Source: Candidatus Cloacimonadales bacterium | GTDB lineage: Bacteria > Cloacimonadota > Cloacimonadia > Cloacimonadales > JAIOQZ01 | Assembly: GCA_963662655.2 (NCBI GenBank) | Contig: CAXXTU010000002.1 | Location: 2,432,001 to 2,496,000 of the forward strand | Length of the DNA: 64,000 nt | Direction of reading: 5' to 3' | In this document: one piece after another, positions 31,553-40,859 of the stretch | Layout: the number at the start of each line of letters is the position of its first letter | Numbering within the stretch: the stretch's first letter is position 1 | Notes under the pieces: model-generated | Told to the model about the DNA's origin: nothing | What the model saw: only the letters and a program-made list of their open reading frames with translations | Database searches by the model: none | Position numbers and translations under genes: made by a program

Positions 31553-32326
31553 ATGCCCAACGAAACCGAAAATCTGAAAGAACGCTATCGCTCGAAAGAG
31601 ATGTGGAACAACTACGATAAAAGCGGACAAATCCAGCAGAAGGTTAAGCTGATTCTGGACTACATCCCGGAAGAGGTGGTAAGCATCCTCGATATCGGTT
31701 GCGGTAACGGAATCATCACGAACGAACTGGGCGGCAAGTTCCAGGTCTGCGGCGTCGATATCTCCGAAGAGGCTCTCAAGCAGGTGAAGGGCGAGACGAT
31801 CGTTGCGTCGGCCGATTCGATACCCGTTGAAAACAACACGTGGGACATGGTTTTTTCCAGCGAGATGCTCGAGCATCTTCCCGACGATGTTCTCGATAAG
31901 ACAATGGACGAAATCAAGCGAATCGCGCGCAAGTATGTTTTTATAACCGTCCCGAACAAGGAATACCTCCCTTCGAGATGGATACGGTGTCCCAAGTGCG
32001 GTAATGAGTTTCACATCTACGGCCACCTGCATTCGTTCGGTTCGGAAGACATCGGCAAGAGACTTGGAAGCAATTTCAAGCTGATTCGAAGCGGTATTCA
32101 TGGACCGCTCAGCAGAGATTTCAACCCATTGCTTTTATCGATCAAGCATCGCGTCGCCCGGCGCTGGAAAGAACCCGAAGGATTCATCATGTGTCCGTCA
32201 TGCAAGAATACCGAATACCCCAATCTGAAAGGTAATCTCTTGTCGAAGCTGATGAATTTCGCGAATCGCATCGCAAGCAAACCCAAGCCTTACTGGCTTT
32301 TCCTGCTCTATGAAAAAAAGGGCTAA
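31553..32326 (+). CDS. Class I SAM-dependent methyltransferase with CxxC zinc-ribbon motifs
   Basis: 'ILDIGCGNG', 'EMLEHL', CPKC and CPSC. Confidence 0.88.
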   Translation: MPNETENLKERYRSKEMWNNYDKSGQIQQKVKLILDYIPEEVVSILDIGCGNGIITNELGGKFQVCGVDISEEALKQVKGETIVASADSIPVENNTWDMVFSSEMLEHLPDDVLDKTMDEIKRIARKYVFITVPNKEYLPSRWIRCPKCGNEFHIYGHLHSFGSEDIGKRLGSNFKLIRSGIHGPLSRDFNPLLLSIKHRVARRWKEPEGFIMCPSCKNTEYPNLKGNLLSKLMNFANRIASKPKPYWLFLLYEKKG

Positions 32327-32365
32327 GCGCCGAAGCGCTCAACCCTTTCAAAACGTCTTCGATCT

Positions 32366-34936
32366 TTATTGAAGCAACAACGCTTTCTGGATGTCTTGCA
32401 CTGCGCAGGCCTTGAAGCGGAAGAGGTAAACTCCGCTTGCGGTTGATTTTCCCGTCGAATCCGTTCCATCCCATTCAACTTGATGACTGCCTGATGGCAT
32501 CCGCTTATTCAGCAATGTTCGTATCAACTGGCCCTTCGTGTTAAATACCTGCAATGTGGCTTGCTCGGGCTCTGCCAGATAAAATGAAACCGTTGTTCGC
32601 GGGTTGAACGGATTGGGATAGCAGCCCACAATGCCCGTAACCTCCGGCATCATGCCGGTCTGGCTCCCGGAAGGATGTAGCGCTATCGCAACGGTCGCGA
32701 CATCTTCCTCCACCGATTCCTCATTCCAGCGAAGTTCATCCAGAACCACGGATGTGTAACCATCGTTTGCGGTAATGCAATCGAATTGCAGCAGCAAGTC
32801 AAATTGCTCGATATCGATTGGTTCAATCGAGTATCCGGCCACATGTATTGTGCCATTCGCAACGCTCATGCACATCGCCACGTCGATGTTATCATTGTTG
32901 AAATCTATGCCTTGCAGGCTGAGTTTCGTTTCATCGAAAGTATAGGTCCATGAAAAGCCGAGAATGTTCTCAAGATTGCTGAAATGGAACGGCACGAATA
33001 CGTCGGCGTTGCCGTACTGGTTTATATTGTCACCGTAGACATCCCCGCTGCCGTAATAATCTCCCGGGGAAGCGGGTGGGCAAGGCAACTCGTCGAGGTA
33101 TCCCATCAGGTAACGCATGATCAACGCAGCATCCAGCGCGGAGCATGTTCCATCGAGCGTAACATCGCTTACATATTTTTGTACCGCACTCAGATCACAT
33201 TCACCGACAAGGTATTGAAGCAGCATCGTTACATCGGTTCCTTGCACATGCTCGTTCATATCGACGTCACCATATCCGGCGGTGGTGCCGATCATGATAC
33301 TTCCGTTTTGTACTCGTACCGGAACGGCTCCTCCATTGATCATGCAGCTCGAAGCATTCAGCGGAATGCTTCCAATGTCAATCCCTTCATCGATCTCGAT
33401 ACTCATCGTCGCGATAAGCCCCTGACCGGCAAAAGGTGCTTCACCGTCACAATAGATTGAAACGGACTGGGATAAATTGCCCCAGTTACATTGCCATCCG
33501 CCATTGGCCAGGATGCTTCCGTCAAACGACACATCGACAACATTGGCGAAATCAGCGAATCCGTTAATCTGAAGAGAGAGGCTGCGTGCGCCGGCAGAGC
33601 CGGGAAAGCGCCCCGTTATCGGTATCTCGACCGTTTCTCCCGGAGTCGCGAATGCGGAGCCAATTTCGATCATTACGGAATCAGGAGAAAACTCTCCTTC
33701 AAGAGTGTAAACGGTAGCATACGTTTGATTCCCGCCGTTCGTCACGAGAACATCGTCGCATCCATCGCCGTTGATATCGCCTAAATCCTGTCCCATACCC
33801 TCGTGGGCGCAATGATACGCGACATCGACCGAGCAGGCGACGCCGTCGGGAACAAACTGGTTTCCCAGATAGAAGTCCACGGTATCTTCATAATAGCGGC
33901 GGAGCCCTAAATCGTCATATTTATCGTTGTTGATGTTGCAGAAGAAGAAGTAGGAGTATGGCAGCGATGAATCTGTGTTCACGATGGAAAATGTCGAGTA
34001 TTCCATCGCCAGGCTTTCATTTCCCCAGTATACGTATACCGTATTGAGCATGGTATAGACGATGTCGTCGCACCCATCCCCATTCAAATCTCCATTTGCA
34101 GCCAGGCATGACTCGTAGTTGTTCATACCCTCCGGATGAAAGGTCATTTCCGGTTCGTTGTCAAAATCTTCTCCACCGAGATAAATATTGAAGTAAATGG
34201 GAGAATTCGCTTCACCGTGCTGGAAAGCAGCGATCAAATCCACAATTCCGTCCCCGTTCAAGTCGGCGATCGCGTCATATCGACCAAGGCGGGGATAATC
34301 CCCATTCCCTTCGAAGTGAACATCCACGGTTGTATCCAACGGGTCTCCGCCGTAAATGATATCCACTCTTCCCATATAATCAGAGCTGGTATCGTAATCA
34401 CAGCAGATGATATCGTCATAGCCATCGTTGTTGAAGTCCATTCCTCCGTTCCAGGCACGGTATCCCCCCGGGTAGTTGAAGCTGAAAGTCGTGGTGGGCT
34501 CCACAGAGAACTGGTCGCCTTGCAGTGTGACTCTTGTATAAACCGAGTTGCCGCTCCAGCAAGTCACGAGCAGATCGTTTCTGTCGTCTCCATTCAAATC
34601 CCCGTACCAGCTTGGCTGAACGTATGACAATCCGTACGCCCCAAGCGGGTACACCTCATTGGGGATTCCCGTGAAGTTGGGGTCGCCCCAATAGGCGGCG
34701 ATGCAATTCTGGTAGTCGTCATACCGGACGACGCTACGAAGGTAATCGTACAGTCCGTCTCCGCTTATATCGGCGCCACGATCAGGGCGGAAATGTGAAT
34801 TGTAGAAGCTGAACTGTCCTCCGTAATACCCGTCTTCAGGATATACCAATTGAGCCAGAGGCAACAACGTGACTTGAGCGTTTAGTGCGGAACAAACTCC
34901 GATAATCAGAATAAGGACAACAAATCGGGTACCCAT
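32366..34936 (-). CDS. Secreted FG-GAP repeat / cohesin / dockerin / C-terminal sorting domain protein
   Basis: Repeated 'GDLNGDGxDD'; dockerin 'GDVDMNEHVQGTDVTMLLQYLVG...DVTLDGTCSALDAALIMRYLMG' between two cohesin-like domains; 'YPNPFNP' CTD. Confidence 0.8.
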   Translation of the reverse strand: MGTRFVVLILIIGVCSALNAQVTLLPLAQLVYPEDGYYGGQFSFYNSHFRPDRGADISGDGLYDYLRSVVRYDDYQNCIAAYWGDPNFTGIPNEVYPLGAYGLSYVQPSWYGDLNGDDRNDLLVTCWSGNSVYTRVTLQGDQFSVEPTTTFSFNYPGGYRAWNGGMDFNNDGYDDIICCDYDTSSDYMGRVDIIYGGDPLDTTVDVHFEGNGDYPRLGRYDAIADLNGDGIVDLIAAFQHGEANSPIYFNIYLGGEDFDNEPEMTFHPEGMNNYESCLAANGDLNGDGCDDIVYTMLNTVYVYWGNESLAMEYSTFSIVNTDSSLPYSYFFFCNINNDKYDDLGLRRYYEDTVDFYLGNQFVPDGVACSVDVAYHCAHEGMGQDLGDINGDGCDDVLVTNGGNQTYATVYTLEGEFSPDSVMIEIGSAFATPGETVEIPITGRFPGSAGARSLSLQINGFADFANVVDVSFDGSILANGGWQCNWGNLSQSVSIYCDGEAPFAGQGLIATMSIEIDEGIDIGSIPLNASSCMINGGAVPVRVQNGSIMIGTTAGYGDVDMNEHVQGTDVTMLLQYLVGECDLSAVQKYVSDVTLDGTCSALDAALIMRYLMGYLDELPCPPASPGDYYGSGDVYGDNINQYGNADVFVPFHFSNLENILGFSWTYTFDETKLSLQGIDFNNDNIDVAMCMSVANGTIHVAGYSIEPIDIEQFDLLLQFDCITANDGYTSVVLDELRWNEESVEEDVATVAIALHPSGSQTGMMPEVTGIVGCYPNPFNPRTTVSFYLAEPEQATLQVFNTKGQLIRTLLNKRMPSGSHQVEWDGTDSTGKSTASGVYLFRFKACAVQDIQKALLLQ

Positions 34937-35027
34937 AATTCCTCCTACATTAGGTAGGAACATTGGGATATATTTAATTGTTGTCAATGATTATTTATTC
35001 TTTCCCTATACCGATGTTACTTCTTTC

Positions 35028-35375
35028 CTACCGGGAGCTATTCACCAATTCATCCCAAGTTGCCATCGCACGGCGCAGATGTGGGATTACAATTGATCCG
35101 CCTACGACAAGTGCAATTGAGACAGCCTCATTGTATTCCTCGCTGGAAATACCTGCCTTGTGGCATTGAATCGTGTGGTATTTGATGCAATCATCGCAAC
35201 GAAGAACCATCGAAGCGACCAGGCCCAGAAGCTCCTTTGTCTTCGCAGGAATCGCTCCATCGCGGTAAACTTGAGAATCCAGGCTGAAAAACCTCTTCAG
35301 CTCCTGGCCGCCGTACCGAAGAGTAATCTCGTTCAGACGCTCCCGCTCTTTCTTGAAATCGTCAACGTTGCTCAT
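35028..35375 (-). CDS. Carboxymuconolactone decarboxylase/AhpD-family protein
   Basis: 'KTKELLGLVASMVLRCDDCIKYH'; GGAGG RBS before MSNVD. Confidence 0.88.
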   Translation of the reverse strand: MSNVDDFKKERERLNEITLRYGGQELKRFFSLDSQVYRDGAIPAKTKELLGLVASMVLRCDDCIKYHTIQCHKAGISSEEYNEAVSIALVVGGSIVIPHLRRAMATWDELVNSSR

Positions 35376-35376
35376 T

Positions 35377-36300
35377 TTATTCCTCCGGAGTATTTTCAGA
35401 TGGTAAATATGGTTCGATGTGCACAACCACATCCGCGATGTTGGGACCTTCCTCTATCAATCGATGCTTCACGGTCGTGGCGATTTCATGACCTTCGTAC
35501 ACGCTCATGTCCGCATCGACTTCAATGTGCAGATCCACATGCAGAAACTGGCCGATCATTCGCGAGCGTATGGCGTGCGCGGTTATCACGCCATCGACGC
35601 CAAGCGCGATATTTACGATCACGTCTTTATCCTTTTTACCAGCTCCAGCATCGGTTAGCTCTTTCAATGCCGGATATGTTATGTCCCAGGACACTTTCAA
35701 GATAAACGCGGATACGAGAATCGCTCCGACATGGTCGAAAACGGCGAGCCTCGGATCTATCACCGCCGCGACAACGGCAATTAAAGCAGGTACAGAGCTT
35801 ATCGCGTCTGATCGGTGGTGCCATGCGTTGGCGATGAGCGCTGGGGATTTGTGCTGCCGCCCCGTTCTTACTGTTACACGATACAATATCTCTTTACTGA
35901 TAATCGAAACTCCCGCACCAATGATTGCGATCCATCCCGGAACATGCTCCTCGGCCGACTGGATATTCATGATCGCCTCGCGTGCAAGGCCAACAGCGAC
36001 TATCGCTAGAACAAACCCGATGAATGCCGTGATAAGCGTCTCGATTCTGCGATGGCCATAGGGATGATCTTCGTCAGGGGGAGCCGTCCAGTATTTAACT
36101 CCTAGCAGTACCGCCAGATCGGTCGTCGTATCCGACAAGCTGTGAACCGCATCGGCGATCACGGCCTGGCTGTGCCCAAAATAACCCGTCACAAACTTGA
36201 GTGCGGAAAGAAGCACGTTCACGACAAGTCCTATCCAGGTTATGCGCTGCGTTACCCGAATACCATTGCTCCGTGGCATCTCATTTCCCTTTGCTTCCAT
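35377..36300 (-). CDS. Cation diffusion facilitator (FieF-like) transporter
   Basis: 'ADAVHSLSD', 'HPYGH', 'WHHRSD', 'VHIEP'. Confidence 0.92.
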   Translation of the reverse strand: MEAKGNEMPRSNGIRVTQRITWIGLVVNVLLSALKFVTGYFGHSQAVIADAVHSLSDTTTDLAVLLGVKYWTAPPDEDHPYGHRRIETLITAFIGFVLAIVAVGLAREAIMNIQSAEEHVPGWIAIIGAGVSIISKEILYRVTVRTGRQHKSPALIANAWHHRSDAISSVPALIAVVAAVIDPRLAVFDHVGAILVSAFILKVSWDITYPALKELTDAGAGKKDKDVIVNIALGVDGVITAHAIRSRMIGQFLHVDLHIEVDADMSVYEGHEIATTVKHRLIEEGPNIADVVVHIEPYLPSENTPEE

Positions 36301-36382
36301 TTACTACTCCCTGAATTACCAAACCGAAATTATCATGTTGCTCAATCATTGTCTATGGGAAAATTCACCAACCGAAGCTCGA

Positions 36383-36517
36383 AGCGTGAGAAGATTCTTT
36401 CCATCTGCCGCCCCAACGTGGTGTTCCACACCTTTTTTCATTGTTCGATAGTCCTAAGGTGTGGTATATCCACGTTGGGGCGGCAGATCGGAGGAAGATT
36501 CCACGCTGGAAAGCCAT
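36383..36517 (+). repeat. Dispersed hairpin element, copy B
   Basis: Perfect 19-bp stem 36403-36421/36470-36488, inner stem CCACACCTT/AAGGTGTGG; covaries with 3123-3311. Confidence 0.8.
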
Positions 36518-36529
36518 TACCCTACAACC

Positions 36530-36654
36530 GGCATCCGCGGTCACATTGGCCCGATCACGCTCCGCTCTCACTCCGGTGTATAACACCACGGCTTCCGAGA
36601 CACTCCAGCCGTGAATGAATACACCCTCGTTCGGATCGAACCAATCTGCTCCAC
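36530..36654 (-). repeat. Dispersed hairpin element, diverged inverted copy C
   Basis: 'cggatcgaaccaatctgctc' matches the reverse complement of the copy A left end at 18/20; 'gcccgatc' and 'accacggct' match the right arm. Confidence 0.55.
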
Positions 36655-36674
36655 GGAGGTGTCATATTGCAGTA

Positions 36675-36712
36675 AATACACCAAGAGCTCCCGAAGGAGC
36701 TCTTGGTGTATT
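36675..36712 (-). terminator. Terminator-like hairpin after the C10 peptidase gene
   Basis: 17-bp perfect stem AATACACCAAGAGCTCC with a cUUCGg tetraloop on the minus strand. Confidence 0.7.
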
Positions 36713-36726
36713 GTATATTCTTCAGT

Positions 36727-39700
36727 TTACTTTATCAGCACCATTTTTTGCGTCTGTGTGAAGTTTCCGGCCTGCAAGCGATAGAAATATATTCCACTGC
36801 CAACGGCTTTCCCTGAGTTATCGTCGCCATTCCATTGAACGGAGTGATTCCCGCTGTCGAGTTTTTCACGGACAAGCGTTTTCACGAGTTGACCTTTCAA
36901 ATTGAACACGTCAAGCTTCACCTGTACGGTTTGAGCAATCGAGAAGCTGATTCGAGTGGTTGGATTGAAAGGATTGGGGTAATTACCCCTCAGTGAATTC
37001 GTGATCTCCGGAATCTCGTCTGCTGCTCCCCATTCAATATCAACAGAATTGGAAGGCCCTGATTCATGGCCTCCTTCATATACTGCAGTTACATAATACA
37101 CATGAAGTCCATTCGGTATATCCGCGTCTTCATAGTAAGTTTCATCTGCATCGGTACTTCCAATGACAACATAATCGCGATACATGTTATAGCCTGTGAG
37201 TTCAGGTCTATCCCTGTGTAGCGGCGCACTGGGAATGGCAGCCGAGATATGAGGAACACCGTCGTTTTTCCTCGATTCCCTCATACTCTGAACCGCGTCA
37301 CCGTTGATATTGCGTACCGGCGAGCAGATAAAAACATCATCGAGCTTCAACCAGTACATATCCGTCACTTCATTATGAACAAAGGCTATATGCACTGTTT
37401 CACCAGCATAATCCCCCAAATCGAGATAAACCTGATACCAGTCGTTGTCCGTGATGGTTTCTTCGTAAAGAAGATCGGTAAAATTCAAGGGATTCACCCC
37501 GCTTGTCGAGAGCCATACCTCGAAATGCTCACCAACCCATTCTTCATCCTGCGGAGATACATAAAATGCCATAAAAGCATTCTGATATAGATTTACGGCA
37601 GGCGTAATGAGCCAGTTATCAGGCGTAAGCGGGCCAACTTCATTGATAAAGGATGCGGAAGCCATACAGAAGTCACCTGAGTTCGGTGTGAATCCATAAG
37701 GTGCAATTTCCCAGTAGTAAGAATCACCATCAACATCTAACCAATACCAGTCTTCAATAAATTGCGTGTCCTCAAATCCTTCCTCGATAAATTCATATAC
37801 AGGATCATCCACACCTGGAGCGCTCCATTGGAATAAAATGTCATCCCCGTTAACTGCAAAAAAGAGGTTTTCCGGAGCCGGGTAATCGCCTTCAATCTCC
37901 GCGATAACCGAGTTGGAAGGATTGGACTCCTCCGTACTATTGTAAACCGCTGTCACCCAGTAGGTATAAACACCTTCTTCCAGATTCTCGTCCGTCCAGG
38001 TAAGTGTGTTGATATCGGTAATCTCGTGAACCATGTTGCCATCACGATACACCTTGTAGCCCGTCAGGTCCCTTTCGTTTCGCGCAGAACCTTGCGCAAG
38101 CTCTATCCGTTCGCTCTCGCGACCCGAAGTGGCGTAACCGACGATGTTCCAGTTGTAATCGAGGTTTGGATACTCGGTACTGAGCGATGCCCAGCTACCC
38201 ATCTTGATCAGATCACCCTTCCAGGCAACCGCCGGGCCCTGGGAGCATCCAGCCGGATGATCGCCCTGAGTATCGGCTTCGTAACCAATCCAGAGCTCCT
38301 CGCTGGCGTCGATCTGAACCGGATAATCCAGAACCGCCGTATTCCAGGTGTTGACCAGAAGGTTATCCACGTACTGCTCGGTAAGAAGCTCACCCTCATT
38401 GGCGGAGGAACCGCTGACACTACCGCCGGCCCACACTTTCACGGTGTATTCGCAATCCTCGTAACGAGGGTAAAAGGATACTTCCGTAAGGGTCAGGCCA
38501 TTATATCCGGCCAGGTCGTCGGTATCGAATCGGATCGCTACGTCGAACGTCGTTGCCGAGTTCGACCCGATCCCGTTGTAGTTAACGCCGTCATCCCAGC
38601 GTAACTCGGCCGGCTCACCCGTGGGAGCCAGCCAGTTCAAGCGAATATCCTCATCGTTCTCGATCGTCGCGGTGAGGTTCGTTGGCGGATCACCGTCTCC
38701 AGGGCCCTCGGCCGGAACGATGTTTACCAGCGCTTGCTGATTGGATGTGAAGTTGTAGTATCCGGGATTCAGATTATTCAAGTAGAAATAGCCGTTGTAG
38801 CTTCCGCTCCAACCCCAGTTGAAATGGAAATGAGCCGTACCCTCGTATCCATCGAGAACAAAGGCGTGCCCGTATTCGCCGTAACCGGCATAGAATAGCG
38901 GTTTACCGACTTCAAGCTGGTTGATGATCAACGTGTTCCATACGGAATCGGTGTAATCTTCCTTGTACAAGAGCTGTATGGTGTTTTGATATCCGAAGTA
39001 GGTGGCGAACGCGTACTGCGTATCAACGGAGTTCGAGCCTGATCCATCTGGGCCGTAATCCATGTTTGAAGACACGCCGCAGTGGTAAAGCAGTTCCGCG
39101 ATGTCACCATCGTAGGAATAGATCGAATTCGGCATGCTGCCCCAATTGTATGTGGTTTCGCCGAAGTTGGCAGAAATCGTCCCGTAGTCGGGGTGAACAT
39201 AGGAGTGCGCTCCCGTTCCCTGGGCGGGATGCTCCCAGAAGTTCATGATCTGCCCCATCGCTGTGGCGCCACAACCTGCGTAAGCGTGTCCCCCGGGGCC
39301 GTTCGAATCGTTCGGGCAATCGCCATTGAATGGGTAATCCTGATCCCAGTTACTTGTTATCAGGGGACTGACATCGCGCGTAAAGCCAAACGACGCAAAA
39401 TCTCTTGCCAGTATCAGATTCCAGATGGGACGGGTGAGTGTATTGCCCAAGTCACTGCTGCGGACAACCTCGATCTGATTCACGAAATTGTCGTGCATCC
39501 ATCGCACGGCAGGATGATCGTCCGCCGCAGGGGCTGCTGTTTCCATTGAATATCCGAGAATCGGATAGGTGGCGTCGTCCGCCGAGACAATGACAAATCC
39601 ATCCGGCTCGTAGTTGAACACGTAAAAAGCGGGATGTTCTTCGCCAGGAACGGAGAATGTCTCTCCGATAACAGGTTCCGTTTCACCGCTGCGGTTCGAG

Positions 39701-39804
39701 AACCAAATCGTGGAAATACGTTGCGCGTCTTCCTGCGATACGAACTCGCAGAACAAGCTTGAAAAAGCGATGAGCAAAAAAACAATCGGGACCATCTTTC
39801 TCAT
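36727..39804 (-). CDS. C10 family cysteine peptidase with FN3, cleaved-adhesin-like and C-terminal sorting domains
   Basis: 'AGCGATAMGQ', 'GHAFVLDGY', 'FHFNWGW'; 'LDVDGD...PDNWLITP' cleaved-adhesin motif; CTD. Confidence 0.92.
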   Translation of the reverse strand: MRKMVPIVFLLIAFSSLFCEFVSQEDAQRISTIWFSNRSGETEPVIGETFSVPGEEHPAFYVFNYEPDGFVIVSADDATYPILGYSMETAAPAADDHPAVRWMHDNFVNQIEVVRSSDLGNTLTRPIWNLILARDFASFGFTRDVSPLITSNWDQDYPFNGDCPNDSNGPGGHAYAGCGATAMGQIMNFWEHPAQGTGAHSYVHPDYGTISANFGETTYNWGSMPNSIYSYDGDIAELLYHCGVSSNMDYGPDGSGSNSVDTQYAFATYFGYQNTIQLLYKEDYTDSVWNTLIINQLEVGKPLFYAGYGEYGHAFVLDGYEGTAHFHFNWGWSGSYNGYFYLNNLNPGYYNFTSNQQALVNIVPAEGPGDGDPPTNLTATIENDEDIRLNWLAPTGEPAELRWDDGVNYNGIGSNSATTFDVAIRFDTDDLAGYNGLTLTEVSFYPRYEDCEYTVKVWAGGSVSGSSANEGELLTEQYVDNLLVNTWNTAVLDYPVQIDASEELWIGYEADTQGDHPAGCSQGPAVAWKGDLIKMGSWASLSTEYPNLDYNWNIVGYATSGRESERIELAQGSARNERDLTGYKVYRDGNMVHEITDINTLTWTDENLEEGVYTYWVTAVYNSTEESNPSNSVIAEIEGDYPAPENLFFAVNGDDILFQWSAPGVDDPVYEFIEEGFEDTQFIEDWYWLDVDGDSYYWEIAPYGFTPNSGDFCMASASFINEVGPLTPDNWLITPAVNLYQNAFMAFYVSPQDEEWVGEHFEVWLSTSGVNPLNFTDLLYEETITDNDWYQVYLDLGDYAGETVHIAFVHNEVTDMYWLKLDDVFICSPVRNINGDAVQSMRESRKNDGVPHISAAIPSAPLHRDRPELTGYNMYRDYVVIGSTDADETYYEDADIPNGLHVYYVTAVYEGGHESGPSNSVDIEWGAADEIPEITNSLRGNYPNPFNPTTRISFSIAQTVQVKLDVFNLKGQLVKTLVREKLDSGNHSVQWNGDDNSGKAVGSGIYFYRLQAGNFTQTQKMVLIK

Positions 39805-40004
39805 AGTAATGTACTCCTTAGTCACAACAAGCAAGCTGTTTTTCTATTAAATTATGTATATTATGTTATGATAGCCATTCAGCAACTTTTCGTCAATGAA
39901 AAACAAGTGGAGGGTCATACGTGCAATTGCGAAAATGGGGTGCCCCTCTCGGGGGTGAGAGGGGCATGGCGATACATATACCAGGGTATATTTCAGGTAC
40001 AGTT

Positions 40005-40685
40005 TTAAAATCTGCGAATGATCGTCTTCAATTCTCCGATCAGGTGGATGTCCCGAACATTCTCGGGATTGACCATGATCGTTTCCATCTCCTGATTGAT
40101 CGGAATCAGGAGTATCATGCCGGTATCCGGATTCATCTGCAAACGCTTGAGCGTTATTTCACCCTCCAGGCGCACAGCGACGATTTTTCGGTTTGCGCGA
40201 TCCCAATCGCTCGTCTTGCGAATGAACACAACATCCTCGTGCGCTACGGTCGGATGCATACTTTGCCCGTTAACTCGGAACACGTAGTAATCTTTCGGAG
40301 CGTTGTTTATCAGACTGGACGAGACAAACAGGCTTCCGAGCGGCTCGCTGTTCATGGCTTCAACAGGGTCACCCGCAGCGATTTCCGCCTCGATGAAGAC
40401 CTCGATCAGATCGAGATTCTCCCGCGTATCAGGCTTGGGGAAGTCCGTCACCCTCGAAGCGACCTCCTGGTGAGACTCTCCGGTTGCAAGCCAATCGAAA
40501 TCGACCTCGAAGTACTCGGCAAGCTGCCGGAGAATATTGATGCCGGGCTGGTGCATGCCACGCTCGTAGCGGGAAAGATTCGATTTCGATATCCCCGTGT
40601 CGCGTGCAATTGTGGATATGGTTTTCCCGGATTCCTTTCTCATTTTGCGCAACCGAATGCCTATTGCTACCGTTTCGGTATTCAT
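40005..40685 (-). CDS. XRE-HTH / S24 peptidase (LexA/CI-like) repressor
   Basis: HTH 'ISKSNLSRYERG...P'; Ala-Gly site 'IAAG', Ser in 'NGQSM', Lys in 'TLKR'. Confidence 0.92.
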   Translation of the reverse strand: MNTETVAIGIRLRKMRKESGKTISTIARDTGISKSNLSRYERGMHQPGINILRQLAEYFEVDFDWLATGESHQEVASRVTDFPKPDTRENLDLIEVFIEAEIAAGDPVEAMNSEPLGSLFVSSSLINNAPKDYYVFRVNGQSMHPTVAHEDVVFIRKTSDWDRANRKIVAVRLEGEITLKRLQMNPDTGMILLIPINQEMETIMVNPENVRDIHLIGELKTIIRRF

Positions 40686-40717
40686 AGAAGCTCCTTTGTG
40701 AGATCATTCGAACCGAG

Positions 40718-40768
40718 AGTTGCATATATGGAATTGCGCGTCAAGCAAAAAGTTGCATTTGTGGAACT
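40718..40768. promoter_or_regulatory. Two imperfect palindromic operators flanking a TTGACG -35-like box
   Basis: AGTTGCATATATGGAATT (40718-40735) and AGTTGCATTTGTGGAACT (40751-40768). Confidence 0.6.
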
Positions 40769-40859
40769 TTTTATTCCTTGATACCCAACTTGGGTGAATA
40801 TTCAGGAAAAAGAAAAGGTCTGGAACAATCCAGACCTTCGATCGTTGCTCATAAAAACA

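Noticed and set aside
36383..36517. 6S RNA or riboswitch
   Set aside because: Multiple dispersed and decayed copies in both orientations; no 6S-like central bubble or known aptamer consensus recognised.
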